DNA of 64,000 bases from an uncultured delta proteobacterium (GCA_963729715.1 CAVSPA010000005.1:512001-576000); one strand, 5' to 3'; shown: positions 53,375 through 62,614, numbered from the stretch's first letter. Numbers and translations: made by a program. Notes: generated from the letters alone by a model not told the origin.

Positions 53375-54493
53375 ATGGACGGAGAGATTATGAAACTGAA
53401 GATCGCTGTTTTAACAGGCGGCGGCGATTGTCCCGGCTTGAACGGCGCCATCAAGTGGGTAACAAAGACCGCTCTCGACCCGAGACTTGCCGCGAAACGT
53501 CCCGTGTCCTTTGAGGTTGTCGGCGTTGTCGAAGGCTGGAAGGGATTGGTAGAGGTTAATCCGGACGATCCGAGAAGTCGTGACCGCTACCTCCGTCACC
53601 TGGATGAAGAGGTCGTGCGAACATGGGACCGCCACGGCGGGACATACTTGGGAACGTCGCGGACGAACCCGTTTAATCCGAAGAATGATCGTTCTGAAAA
53701 ATTAATAGCTAACATTAAGAAGCTCGGGATCGATGTTCTCGTCGTACTCGGTGGAGAAGATACCTTGGGCGTTGCCTATAAATTACATACGTTGGGCATC
53801 AAGACCGTCGGCATCCCGAAGACTATTGACAATGACCTCACTGGCACCGAATATTCGCTCGGGTTTGATACGGCTATTAACGTGATCACGGAGGAAATTG
53901 ATCGGTTGAGGACTACCGCCGGTTCTCATCGCCGGAACTTTGTTGTCGAAACGATGGGACGTCATGCGGGATGGCTTGCACTTCACGGCGGCGAATGCAG
54001 CGGCGCCTATATAATTTTGATACCTGAATACCCCTTCGATATGGACGTGGTGTGTGATCTTCTGCGTGAACGGGAAGGACGGGAAATAAACTATTCAATT
54101 ATTGTGGTCTCTGAGGGGGCCAAGCCGGCAGGGAAGCAGGAATTCGTGAGAGACACTAAAGTCGATGAATTCGGGCATCCTACGCTCGGTGGGATAGCGA
54201 ACTCTGTCGCACTTGAAATTGAGAAGAGGACGGGCTTCGAAACTCGATCTCTCATTTTGAGCCACTTGCAGCGGGGAGGGACACCATCAGCTCGTGATCG
54301 GTTGATGGCCAGGTGGTTTGGAATAGCTGCAGTTGACATGATTATCAATGAAGATTATGGGCGCATGGTGAGCCTGATCAGAGGTGAGATTAGAAGCATT
54401 CCTCTCAAGGAAATAATCAGCAAATTAAAACTCGTCGATGTGGAAAAATATTACGATACCGAGCGGTACAACGGTCGGAGGTCAATATTGTGA
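53375..54493 (+). CDS. pfkA: 6-phosphofructokinase, PPi-type signature residues
   Basis: LTGGGDCPGLN, GGEDT, PKTIDND, ETMGRHAG. Confidence 0.9.
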   Translation: MDGEIMKLKIAVLTGGGDCPGLNGAIKWVTKTALDPRLAAKRPVSFEVVGVVEGWKGLVEVNPDDPRSRDRYLRHLDEEVVRTWDRHGGTYLGTSRTNPFNPKNDRSEKLIANIKKLGIDVLVVLGGEDTLGVAYKLHTLGIKTVGIPKTIDNDLTGTEYSLGFDTAINVITEEIDRLRTTAGSHRRNFVVETMGRHAGWLALHGGECSGAYIILIPEYPFDMDVVCDLLREREGREINYSIIVVSEGAKPAGKQEFVRDTKVDEFGHPTLGGIANSVALEIEKRTGFETRSLILSHLQRGGTPSARDRLMARWFGIAAVDMIINEDYGRMVSLIRGEIRSIPLKEIISKLKLVDVEKYYDTERYNGRRSIL

Positions 54494-54867
54494 GACTGCT
54501 TAATTTGCGATGTAACCTTCTTTTGATGATCTTGAGTGTTGTCGTGGTAGGTATATTATTTATTTTCACTGGAGCATCTGCTAAGGAGGGAAATACACAA
54601 CAGAAAAAGTATGCAGAAGAGTTGACGCCGCAAGGAACCTTGCAAGAGCTTCCATCTCCACCACAGCAAACCCAGAAGTCTCCCTCGGCATCCGTGCCGA
54701 CGTCTTCCGCACCGGAAAATCAAGGTGCCATAAATCCAAGAACGGGTGAATATTATCCACCTTCAGGCAAGGGGGCCATCAATCCCAAAACCGGGGAATA
54801 TTATCCACCCAGCAGTAACGGAGTCATTAACCCGAGGACAGGCGCATATTATCCGCATGTTCCCTGA
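54490..54867 (+). CDS. Small exported protein with Pro/Ser linker and three C-terminal 16-aa repeats
   Basis: Hydrophobic N-terminus ending ASA; GAINPRTGEYYPP-type unit x3. Confidence 0.65.
   Translation: MRLLNLRCNLLLMILSVVVVGILFIFTGASAKEGNTQQKKYAEELTPQGTLQELPSPPQQTQKSPSASVPTSSAPENQGAINPRTGEYYPPSGKGAINPKTGEYYPPSSNGVINPRTGAYYPHVP
54724..54864 (+). repeat. Three tandem 48-bp coding repeats
   Basis: Units start at 54724, 54772 and 54820; differences are mostly synonymous. Confidence 0.85.
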
Positions 54868-54896
54868 TGTCATGATAGAGATGGCAGGAATTAATT

Positions 54897-56105
54897 TTAT
54901 CCGCTTATAATACACTCCTTCCTTAACTGATCAATTTCGATCTGCGAATAATTTAGGATGTCTCTTAAGATTTCTTCTGTGTGCTGCCCCAGGAGCGGGG
55001 CAGGCGCGTATACTTCTCCCGGTGTCTCTGACAGATGCATCGGCGAGCCCGTAATAGTCATCCTTCCCACTTCAGGCTGATCTATATCCACCAGCATATT
55101 CCTGTATCCGATATGCGGATCCGCGCAGATATCCTTGATGCTGTTGACGGGCGAATAAGGCAGATCAGCCTTATCAAAGAGTTCCGACCACTCTTTCGTA
55201 GTTTTCTGGGAGATCTCTCCTGAAATAATGGAGATGAGCTCCTTTACATGCTTGGTCCTGAGAGGATTCGTTTTAAACATCGGATCTCCCGTTAGGTCTT
55301 CCCGGCCAATCACTTTACAGAATCTCGCCCAGAGGATATCGTTTCCTATGGCCGCGATTATCCACGAGTCTTTTGTCTTAAAGCTCTGAAAAGGGGTGAT
55401 GGAGGGGTGCCTGCTTCCGAGAGGACCTGGTATTTCCCCGCTTATTGTATGGCGGACGACGGCGTTTTCCAAGACGGCAAACAGGCCGTCGACCATGGCG
55501 CCGTCGTAATGCTGCCCTCTTCCGGATTTTTCCCTGTAGATTAAAGCGGCCAGGATTCCAATCGCGGCCTGGTGTCCGGAAAATATGTCACCCACCGAGG
55601 AGCCGGCCCTACAGGGTTGTCCTCCTTCCGGCCCCGTTATGCTCATGAGGCCGCTGTAGCCTTGGGCCACCATGTCGTAGGACGGTCTGTTGTCATATCC
55701 GGGAAGAGAATGTTGGCCGAAGCCGGAGATAGAGGCATAAACGATGCGGGGGTTGATCTTTTGGATCTCTTCCCAACTGAATCCGAGTTTCCTCATTGTG
55801 GTGGGTCTGTAGTTTTCTATGAGAACGTCGGATACCTCCATCAATTGCCTGAGTATCTTTTTCCCCGCTTCCTTTCTCAAATCGAGAACCATGCTTTTCT
55901 TGTTGCGATTGAGACTGATGAAATAACCGCTCCGGTTCTTGCCGGCATCGCCGGCAAAAGGCCCAAACTCTCTTGCATCGTCTCCGTGCGGCGGTTCCAC
56001 ATGAATGACCTCAGCCCCAAGGTCCGCCAAGAACATTGTCGTTATCGGCGCTGCGAGGACGTGGCTGAGATCAACAACCCTGATACCTTCTAATGCACGA
56101 CTCAT
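54897..56105 (-). CDS. Family III CoA-transferase (CaiB/BaiF)
   Basis: LADLGAEVI, NRNKKS, ENYRP, SISGFG, VGD (catalytic Asp), APLLGQHT. Confidence 0.93.
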   Translation of the reverse strand: MSRALEGIRVVDLSHVLAAPITTMFLADLGAEVIHVEPPHGDDAREFGPFAGDAGKNRSGYFISLNRNKKSMVLDLRKEAGKKILRQLMEVSDVLIENYRPTTMRKLGFSWEEIQKINPRIVYASISGFGQHSLPGYDNRPSYDMVAQGYSGLMSITGPEGGQPCRAGSSVGDIFSGHQAAIGILAALIYREKSGRGQHYDGAMVDGLFAVLENAVVRHTISGEIPGPLGSRHPSITPFQSFKTKDSWIIAAIGNDILWARFCKVIGREDLTGDPMFKTNPLRTKHVKELISIISGEISQKTTKEWSELFDKADLPYSPVNSIKDICADPHIGYRNMLVDIDQPEVGRMTITGSPMHLSETPGEVYAPAPLLGQHTEEILRDILNYSQIEIDQLRKECIISG

Positions 56106-56166
56106 CTTCTTAACTCTCCATATCGATTCGTTCGAGCAAAGACCGGCTGTCTATTGCTTCCAATTA

Positions 56167-57321
56167 TTACAATATGAACACGGAAATTATGGCGCCTGCA
56201 AGCACTATGTAGAGGATGTCCACCTTGCGGATTAAAGCGGCCAATGCCGCAAGCCCCAGGAGGATCCTCGCAATATCCCAGGGAACAGTTGCCGCAAACT
56301 TAAAGCAGACAAATAGAAGGAGTCCGACGAAAGAGGCAAGAACACCGTCTATGGCCCGCAGAAAATGCACCGAGTTCTTCAGCCGATCAAAAAATGGTGC
56401 GACAATAACGCGCATGAAGAAGGAAGGCGTAAATATCGCGATGGTAGCGACAACAGCGCCGGAGATGCCGTACACCAGATATCCGACAAACGTTGCCGTG
56501 ATCACAATGGGGCCGGGGGTCACCTGACCCAAGGCTATACCATCCATGAATGTCTTGCTATCCAGCCAGCCTCTGCCTATGACCACCTCATGAAGCATGA
56601 GCGGGAGAGATGCAAAGCCTCCACCAAAAGCAAAGAGATCTATCTTAAGCATGACCGCTCCCAGGGCAAAGAGTCTATTATTCAGAAAATAAAGAGCACC
56701 AAGGCAAGAGAGGAAGAAGATAAGGATCACGGTCATCTGTTTTACAGTTGATGTTCTCCTCACATCGAAATCAGCCGCTGCCTTTGAAGCGGACATTCGA
56801 GAAAAAGCCGTCCCCGCAATGCCGGCGCCGACAACGGCAATAAAGGGGTTTATGCCTTCCCAAAATGTGAGGGCGGAGAGGGAGGCAATGATAAGGCTTC
56901 TGTAATTGTTTGCGATGTTCCTGCCAAAGGAATAGACGGAAGAAATAATGATGGCAACTACTATTACCTGCAGTCCGCTGAAAAGAGAAATGAATCTGGG
57001 AAGATCGTTGAAACGCGCATAGATAGCGGAGAGAATCAACATCAGGAGAAAGGCAGGCAATCCAAAACCCAGGTAAGCGGCAAACGCCCCGGGAATACCA
57101 CGAACCCTGAGACCCACATACGCGGCAGTCTGCATGGCGGTTGCGCCTGGTATGGATTGGCAGAGCGCCAGACCGTTCTTGAAATCCGTCTCATCGAGCC
57201 ATTGATAGCGGCGGGTGGAAAGTTCTCTGAGATGCGCCACCATCGCCGGGCCGCCAAAGGCCGTCAGTCCCATCCTGAGAAAAGATAAGAAGAGATTCTT
57301 GGTTGTAGGTCTATTATTCAC
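56167..57321 (-). CDS. chrA: Chromate transporter family (long-chain CHR)
   Basis: GLTAFGGP, CQSIPG, FAFGGGF, GQVTPGP. Confidence 0.9.
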   Translation of the reverse strand: MNNRPTTKNLFLSFLRMGLTAFGGPAMVAHLRELSTRRYQWLDETDFKNGLALCQSIPGATAMQTAAYVGLRVRGIPGAFAAYLGFGLPAFLLMLILSAIYARFNDLPRFISLFSGLQVIVVAIIISSVYSFGRNIANNYRSLIIASLSALTFWEGINPFIAVVGAGIAGTAFSRMSASKAAADFDVRRTSTVKQMTVILIFFLSCLGALYFLNNRLFALGAVMLKIDLFAFGGGFASLPLMLHEVVIGRGWLDSKTFMDGIALGQVTPGPIVITATFVGYLVYGISGAVVATIAIFTPSFFMRVIVAPFFDRLKNSVHFLRAIDGVLASFVGLLLFVCFKFAATVPWDIARILLGLAALAALIRKVDILYIVLAGAIISVFIL

Positions 57322-57399
57322 GAGGCACCTGCATTTCGTCTATATGCTGTTATCAGTAGAGATAGTTTAAAAAAATAATATTTTCAATTTGAAAAATCA

Positions 57400-57549
57400 T
57401 GCATATTTATTATCCACCTGGATACCACAACTGGATATTTGGTATCCAACCATATTGGGATCATAAAGGCAGAAAATAGAGGTAATTTTATAATTATCAA
57501 GTCTTACAATGACTTGTAGCAGGCAAGCTATAATGGTACATTACTTGTA
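57400..57549 (+). promoter_or_regulatory. Candidate sigma54 promoter with two upstream palindromic sites
   Basis: TGGTAC-N5-TTGTA at 57534-57549 (non-canonical -12); TG(C/G)ATA-N5-TATCCA at 57400-57416 and 57432-57448. Confidence 0.45.
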
Positions 57550-57634
57550 ATGTTGATAAGAGATTAAGTATTGGTTTGAACATATGTTCTAATACATGAC
57601 GCACTATTGAAAGTATGATTAGGAGGTAAATGAG

Positions 57635-58915
57635 ATGTTTTTGAAGAATCTAAAAGAAAAGATAACGAAGGTAACAGCATTTGCCAGCATCATCGTGTTT
57701 GTCATCGTGGCCTTTGAAATCATGATCATGATAAGCCCGTTCGCTTTTTTCTTCTATTCTGTATTCAATCCGATATTCGATTGGCTTGGACAGTTTCCCG
57801 TAACAAGATGGCTTACCGCCTTCTTTCTGCCACACATGATCTTGCCTCCTACGCTTTTTCTCAAGACTATTCGTATTGCCGGTTCGGCATTTTTTATAAT
57901 AGGCGCTGTTGCATTTATAGTATGTGCCTTACAGGTTTATCTGGGAAAACTATTCAAGTGGGGCATAGCAGATAACGGGCTCTACAGATATATCCGACAT
58001 CCTCAGTATCTTGCACTCGGCATATGGGGCATTGGCATGGCGGTCCTCTGGCCTCGATTTATCGTACTCGCAAGCCTTTCAATTATGTTTGTTCTTTATT
58101 ATTTTTTGGCAAAAGACGAAGAGAAAAGGATGTTAAACCTTTATGGAGAGTCTTATGAAAAGTATATGAGAAATATAGGGATGTTTCTCCCTAAAGCGGT
58201 TGAGAGATACTTCTCTTTTATGAATCATGTTATTCCCAAAACTTCGCTCAGGTTCGCCGTTGTCTCCATGATGATTGTCATAATAGTTATTGGCTCAGGC
58301 TTTATCTTAAGGACAATAACCTTACATTCTCTTCCCTTTGCATCAAATGCAAACATCACCATTGTATCTCTTTTGCCGGAAGATATTGGCAGGAATGCGA
58401 ATGCAGTTCAAACCATTGTTAATGGAGAGAGAGATGGCAAGATAGTATTATCCGCTGACAAGGACTATCTTGCGTATTTAATGCCTGCGGACTACATCAT
58501 GCAGGGTATGATTGCAAATACCGGAGGGGAATTTCATCTTTACAAGCAGCATAATACCGTTGCCATGATTGTTGATTGGGTATTGCATCCCTTTGAGCAT
58601 CTAAGGGCTTCACCTGCTCTTCACATGGCGAAGATTCGTAATGTGGATCCGAATATTGCGAGAAGACATCACTGCCCCCTTAAAATAAATGATCCGGCTA
58701 TGGATTGCGATACTTGCTCGTACCGGCGGGTTATTATCGATGAAGTCCAAAATGAAAGCGGGAATCATCTGTCAGGCAGGGCATTGTTTTCATTTGGGAC
58801 GATAAGGACGCCGCGCTATGCCATAGATCTAAATACCGATACTGGTGCGATTGTCAACATTGTAGCCGTTGAGAAGGCGACCGCCTGGGCAAATGTGCCC
58901 ACGCCGAGCATCTAA
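57635..58915 (+). CDS. Membrane ICMT/PEMT-like methyltransferase-family protein with extra C-terminal domain
   Basis: GLYRYIRHPQY, EE..M...YGESY..Y......FLP; AGGAGG RBS. Confidence 0.75.
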   Translation: MFLKNLKEKITKVTAFASIIVFVIVAFEIMIMISPFAFFFYSVFNPIFDWLGQFPVTRWLTAFFLPHMILPPTLFLKTIRIAGSAFFIIGAVAFIVCALQVYLGKLFKWGIADNGLYRYIRHPQYLALGIWGIGMAVLWPRFIVLASLSIMFVLYYFLAKDEEKRMLNLYGESYEKYMRNIGMFLPKAVERYFSFMNHVIPKTSLRFAVVSMMIVIIVIGSGFILRTITLHSLPFASNANITIVSLLPEDIGRNANAVQTIVNGERDGKIVLSADKDYLAYLMPADYIMQGMIANTGGEFHLYKQHNTVAMIVDWVLHPFEHLRASPALHMAKIRNVDPNIARRHHCPLKINDPAMDCDTCSYRRVIIDEVQNESGNHLSGRALFSFGTIRTPRYAIDLNTDTGAIVNIVAVEKATAWANVPTPSI

Positions 58916-58970
58916 TGGATCAAGCGGTACAAGGCCGCCCTGTCTCTGGGCAATACCGCTTTGTCTGCCA

Positions 58971-60278
58971 TTAGAATATTACATAATACAAGCTTGACAG
59001 GATAATCGAAGTGATAAGAATGATGATTACCGGCCACGTAATGTAGCGGTAAGCTCCGAATACGGTCACACCGAAGTATTCAGCGGTAACCACGAAGCAG
59101 GCATGCATGGGGGAAAGCAACATACCCATATATCCGAATGAGTAGGCAAACACAGTAGTGGCAGCCAAGAGACCGGTTGATGGCTCCGTTCCGATGAGGG
59201 CAAACACAATCGGAAAACTCGCGCCGACAAAACCGAATGCAACTCCTGTCACCATGCCGGAGATGAAGGGAATCAGCATGATGACCGTGATGAGCGGGAT
59301 GCCTGTTCTGATAAATTCGTCCCGCATCCCGGTGATCAATGTCGCCCCGGTTGCATCAACAGGACACACGAGGGCCGCTGAGAAGGCCTGAATTCCTATG
59401 ACAAGCGCTATCATAAACCAGGTGTCTATGCGCATAAGCATGCGGAGCGACGGACGGAATGCCGCAGCATGGCCAGAGAAAATAGCGCAAAGCGCAACGA
59501 TGAGGCCAACCAGCATGGATATTAAATTTGCCAGCGTGCCCTCAATGCCCATGAGGGGAAGAATCGCCGATCCCACAAGCGATATGATGACAAGCAGTCC
59601 GATAGGCCCCATTGCCGAAAGGACTTCGCCGGTGTCCATCTTTCCATAACGAACGCCTTTATCGTCTTCTTTCTTAATCCTCCGCAGAATAAATATATAC
59701 CCGCTGATCGCCGCGACGATGGTAAAGGGCATCTGTATGAGAAAAAACCAGATTGCCGGAAGCCTGGAATACTGCATCGCCAGGATGACGCCGGGATAGA
59801 GGGGCCACCAGTATTCCCAGAGATGCCGGAACCAGTAATTGATTGCCACCTTGTGAGACAATTCGAGTTCCCCGCTCTCATCGACTGCGGCCACAAAAGG
59901 CGCGGAGAATAGTGCGCCCGCGGGCATGGGTAGGAGTCCCACCAACGCGGGTAGTCCCGCTAGGATGATATGCTTGCGCTTCAGCCATTCTTTGAGGGCC
60001 GCGATCGTGCGATCCATCCGCCCCGTTTTGCTCAAAGACTCGGTGAAGAACAAAAGAAGGAGAATGATGACAGGCAGTATATAATTCTGCGGCTCGCCAA
60101 AGCTTGCTACCTGGTAATAAATGCCGCCCATGCCGGTGCCGGCCCACAAGGGCAGCAGGATGGAAAAAAGAAGGATAGCGAGACCCAACGGCACACCGGA
60201 TGAGTTAAGGAGCAGTATCCCCAGGAAGGACACGCCCACCTTACTGTAGGCGGGAAGATGTAATAACCAGTCAACCAT
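58971..60278 (-). CDS. DUF401-like membrane protein
   Basis: PALVGLLPMPAGALFSAP, INYWFRHLWEYWWPLYPG, LLSPMHAC. Confidence 0.85.
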   Translation of the reverse strand: MVDWLLHLPAYSKVGVSFLGILLLNSSGVPLGLAILLFSILLPLWAGTGMGGIYYQVASFGEPQNYILPVIILLLLFFTESLSKTGRMDRTIAALKEWLKRKHIILAGLPALVGLLPMPAGALFSAPFVAAVDESGELELSHKVAINYWFRHLWEYWWPLYPGVILAMQYSRLPAIWFFLIQMPFTIVAAISGYIFILRRIKKEDDKGVRYGKMDTGEVLSAMGPIGLLVIISLVGSAILPLMGIEGTLANLISMLVGLIVALCAIFSGHAAAFRPSLRMLMRIDTWFMIALVIGIQAFSAALVCPVDATGATLITGMRDEFIRTGIPLITVIMLIPFISGMVTGVAFGFVGASFPIVFALIGTEPSTGLLAATTVFAYSFGYMGMLLSPMHACFVVTAEYFGVTVFGAYRYITWPVIIILITSIILSSLYYVIF

Positions 60279-60597
60279 TCTTTGCTCTCATACATTCCTC
60301 AAGGTATTTGTCCATGGAAACATGTTCGTTACACAAGCCTGTGCCCCGGCCAGGATGCTTTTACACTTTTTTCTTTCCGTATGCGAAGAATATTATGCGG
60401 CGGGTCAAAGGATTGTTGGGAGGCACGCGAATTTAAATTTTTTTATCGAAGGACTGCACGGGCAGAAGAAGAATTTGTAAAGTCTTATCGAATACAGACG
60501 CTCAAGACTTCGATGAAGTCAGTCTCTCCCTTTAGCACTTTCATAATGCCATTCTGAAGGATGGTGTGCATTCCCGCTAAGATCAGGTCCAAAAAAT

Positions 60598-60632
60598 CAA
60601 AAGGGGCTCATGATTTCTCATGGCCCCTTTTG
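60598..60632 (-). terminator. Intrinsic terminator downstream of the small Lys-rich gene
   Basis: CAAAAGGGGC(T)CATGA-tttc-TCATGGCCCCTTTTG inverted repeat with T-runs on both sides. Confidence 0.75.
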
Positions 60633-60665
60633 AACAATTTTTTGCGAAAAAAAGATTGAAGCAAG

Positions 60666-60896
60666 TTATTTCTTGGGCTCGTCCATCTTCTTCTCTTCCG
60701 CCTTCTTCTCTTCCTTCTTTTCCTTCTTGGCCTTCTTGGCCTTCTTTACCTTCTTCTTCTCTGCCTTCTTCTCTGCCTTCTTCTCTTCCATCTTCTTTTC
60801 TGGTGCCGGTGCGGGAGCCGGAGCCTGGGCGAAGCAGAGGCCGGTCATAGAAAGTGCAAACAGGATAGCGATAAATACTGTCGTGAGTTTCTTCAT
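60666..60896 (-). CDS. Small exported Lys/Glu/Ala-rich disordered protein (Asr-like composition)
   Basis: AGGAGG RBS, signal MKKLTTVFIAILFALSMTGLCFA, then QAPAPAPAPEKK...KKAKKAKK. Confidence 0.85.
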   Translation of the reverse strand: MKKLTTVFIAILFALSMTGLCFAQAPAPAPAPEKKMEEKKAEKKAEKKKVKKAKKAKKEKKEEKKAEEKKMDEPKK

Positions 60897-60933
60897 TCGA
60901 TTCACCTCCTTTCTTTCAGTTTTCCATTAATTT

Positions 60934-60949
60934 AGCAAGGACTATACCA
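60934..60949 (-). promoter_or_regulatory. sigma54 (-24/-12) promoter
   Basis: Minus strand TGGTAT-AGTCC-TTGCT with canonical GG-N10-GC spacing. Confidence 0.8.
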
Positions 60950-61003
60950 CAATAAAAATAAATAAAAATAGCAAGTGATAATAATTGGTTATCAAAATGC
61001 CAC

Positions 61004-61062
61004 GATGGCATATTCCTCCTTTATTGAGGAAGTATTCCCCTTCCTTTGGGGAATAATTCCCT
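61004..61062. promoter_or_regulatory. Three 22-bp-phased candidate enhancer sites
   Basis: gatggcatATTCCTC (61004), GAGGAAgtATTCCCC (61026), GGGGAAtaATTCCCT (61048). Confidence 0.6.
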
Positions 61063-61153
61063 AAGTGGACAAATAAGTTATCGTATCTGGAATCTGTTGC
61101 GCCGGGCTATGGCAATTCCGTGTAAGGAATAAAGAAAACCACACGGGAAGTCA

Positions 61154-61663
61154 TCACCAGCTATTGACATGAATCCTTGCGGTGTTAAATCGATTCGCCG
61201 GAGGTTTGTGCTCGTCGGGATACCCGATAGGAATAACTGCGAGCGGTATCACATGCTCGGGCAGCTTCAGGAGCTTCTGCATGCCTTTAACGCGTTCAGT
61301 TATCGGATGGACGCCAAGCCATACCGCGCCTAATCCTTTTGCCTGAACCGCAATCAGCATATTTTCTGCTGCTGCCGAACAATCCTGCGCCCAGAAATCC
61401 TTATACACTTCCAATTTCAGGTCCCCGCAAATTACAATAGCCACGGAGGCCGTCTTTACGGATTGAGCATATGGATGGACCTTGGGAATTTCATCGAGGA
61501 TCTTTCGGTCATTGACAATAACGAAATGCCAGGGCTGTTCATTGCCTGCAGACGGGGCGCTCATAGCGGCTGCCAATATCTCTTGCACCGCGCTCTCCGA
61601 CACCGGCTCCTTTGTGTATTTGCGAATGCTTCTTCTCGAAAGAATCGCTTCCATTGCATTCAT
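61154..61663 (-). CDS. Nitroreductase family protein
   Basis: RRSIRKY, APSAGNEQPWHF, DCSAAAENML, GLGAVWLG, IPIGYP. True start is ATG 61663 (GGAGG RBS), not the ORF-track extension. Confidence 0.93.
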   Translation of the reverse strand: MNAMEAILSRRSIRKYTKEPVSESAVQEILAAAMSAPSAGNEQPWHFVIVNDRKILDEIPKVHPYAQSVKTASVAIVICGDLKLEVYKDFWAQDCSAAAENMLIAVQAKGLGAVWLGVHPITERVKGMQKLLKLPEHVIPLAVIPIGYPDEHKPPANRFNTARIHVNSW

Positions 61664-61695
61664 AATGGTCACCTCCGTTATCTCTCTACTGCAGC

Positions 61696-62270
61696 CTACC
61701 GGCCTTTGCAATCCGACTTGCCCTTGCCATAGCTCCCTGTCTCTTCGTTCTTGAGGATGGACCCTTCGAAGGTAAGAACGTAAGTAAACTACCACCGACC
61801 TTGTCGGTGGCCTTCAAAATGCGGCAAGCCTACGGACAATGTCCTTCGCCTTGCCTGATAAGGATTGAAACGGCTATTCTAAAATATTGTTCACCAACAT
61901 TGTTGGTTCACTTAAGGTGTGGGGCCTCCGCCCCCACACCCCACCACTGACAATGTCAGTGGTTTTGACAGATAAATAAAATCGTTTCCCCTGCAGTTAT
62001 AAAACCACTTTTCCATAGGTTTCTTTTTCTCTTTCAGGTAGGTGCGTTTGGTCTTATCGCTCTTGTCTCCCTCCCTTTCATCCGTTCGGTAGTGGCGGCC
62101 CTTCTTAGAACGTATCTTTTCTTTCGACGTCGGCTTGCCGCATTCGAGGAGCGCTTTCGTCTTGGAGTCTCCGACACTTACCCTTCGCCGCATCTGAAGG
62201 CGCCGCTCTCAATACTTCCGGATAATATGAAGCATGCCGCGACTAATACTGAAATAATTATTTTTGTCAT
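61696..62270 (-). pseudogene. DUF2845-like exported protein gene broken by a frameshift (~62181) and a 192-bp insertion
   Basis: Signal peptide, AFRCGEG / VSVGDSK..LLECGKP...EKWFYNC..NDFI|YVLTFEG...GKG. The frame rejoins exactly when the element is removed. Confidence 0.85.
61784..61975 (-). mobile_element. Non-autonomous IS200/IS605 derivative (PATE/MITE-like), 192 bp
   Basis: Same LE and RE hairpins and TTTAT target as the 23063-23691 element; no transposase; no target duplication. Confidence 0.92.
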
Positions 62271-62402
62271 GACGATCTCCTTTCCAGATCTATGATTACA
62301 TGGCCATTTACGAATGGCGTCATATTTCACGAAAGGGGCCGGATGGTCATCAGAGCATACGCTTGCCCTTGCTTTGGCTTTAGCGAGTGGGTTAAGAATG
62401 CG

Positions 62403-62567
62403 TCAACTTTTTCTGCTGGTCTTGGCCGTGAATGTGGAGATTTGCTGTTTTACCTTTTTGCTTTTGCATTTCGGACATGCAGCTTTGGCTTTTTCGTATT
62501 CTCTGAAACTCTGTATCACGGAAAATTTTTTCCTGCAGGCTTCGCAGAGATATTCATACGTCGGCAT
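62403..62567 (-). CDS. FmdB-family zinc-ribbon protein (54 aa, below the ORF-track cutoff)
   Basis: Hand translation MPTYEYLCEACRKKF...ACPKCKSKKVKQQISTF; GGAGG RBS. Confidence 0.9.
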   Translation of the reverse strand: MPTYEYLCEACRKKFSVIQSFREYEKAKAACPKCKSKKVKQQISTFTAKTSRKS

Positions 62568-62614
62568 ATGCTTTCCTCCATATCAGGATTATCTATTGCT
62601 ATTTTCTTCTCCGT

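Noticed and set aside
60673..60800. CTT-rich low-complexity tract and plus-strand Phe/Ser-rich ORFs
   Set aside because: Reverse complement of the Lys/Glu codons of the real minus-strand gene
61784..61975. In-frame (192 = 64 codons) insertion acting as a protein insert or a self-splicing IStron
   Set aside because: It contains an in-frame TAA (61912-61914), appears too short for a group I intron core in addition to the IS ends, and the host gene is also frameshifted
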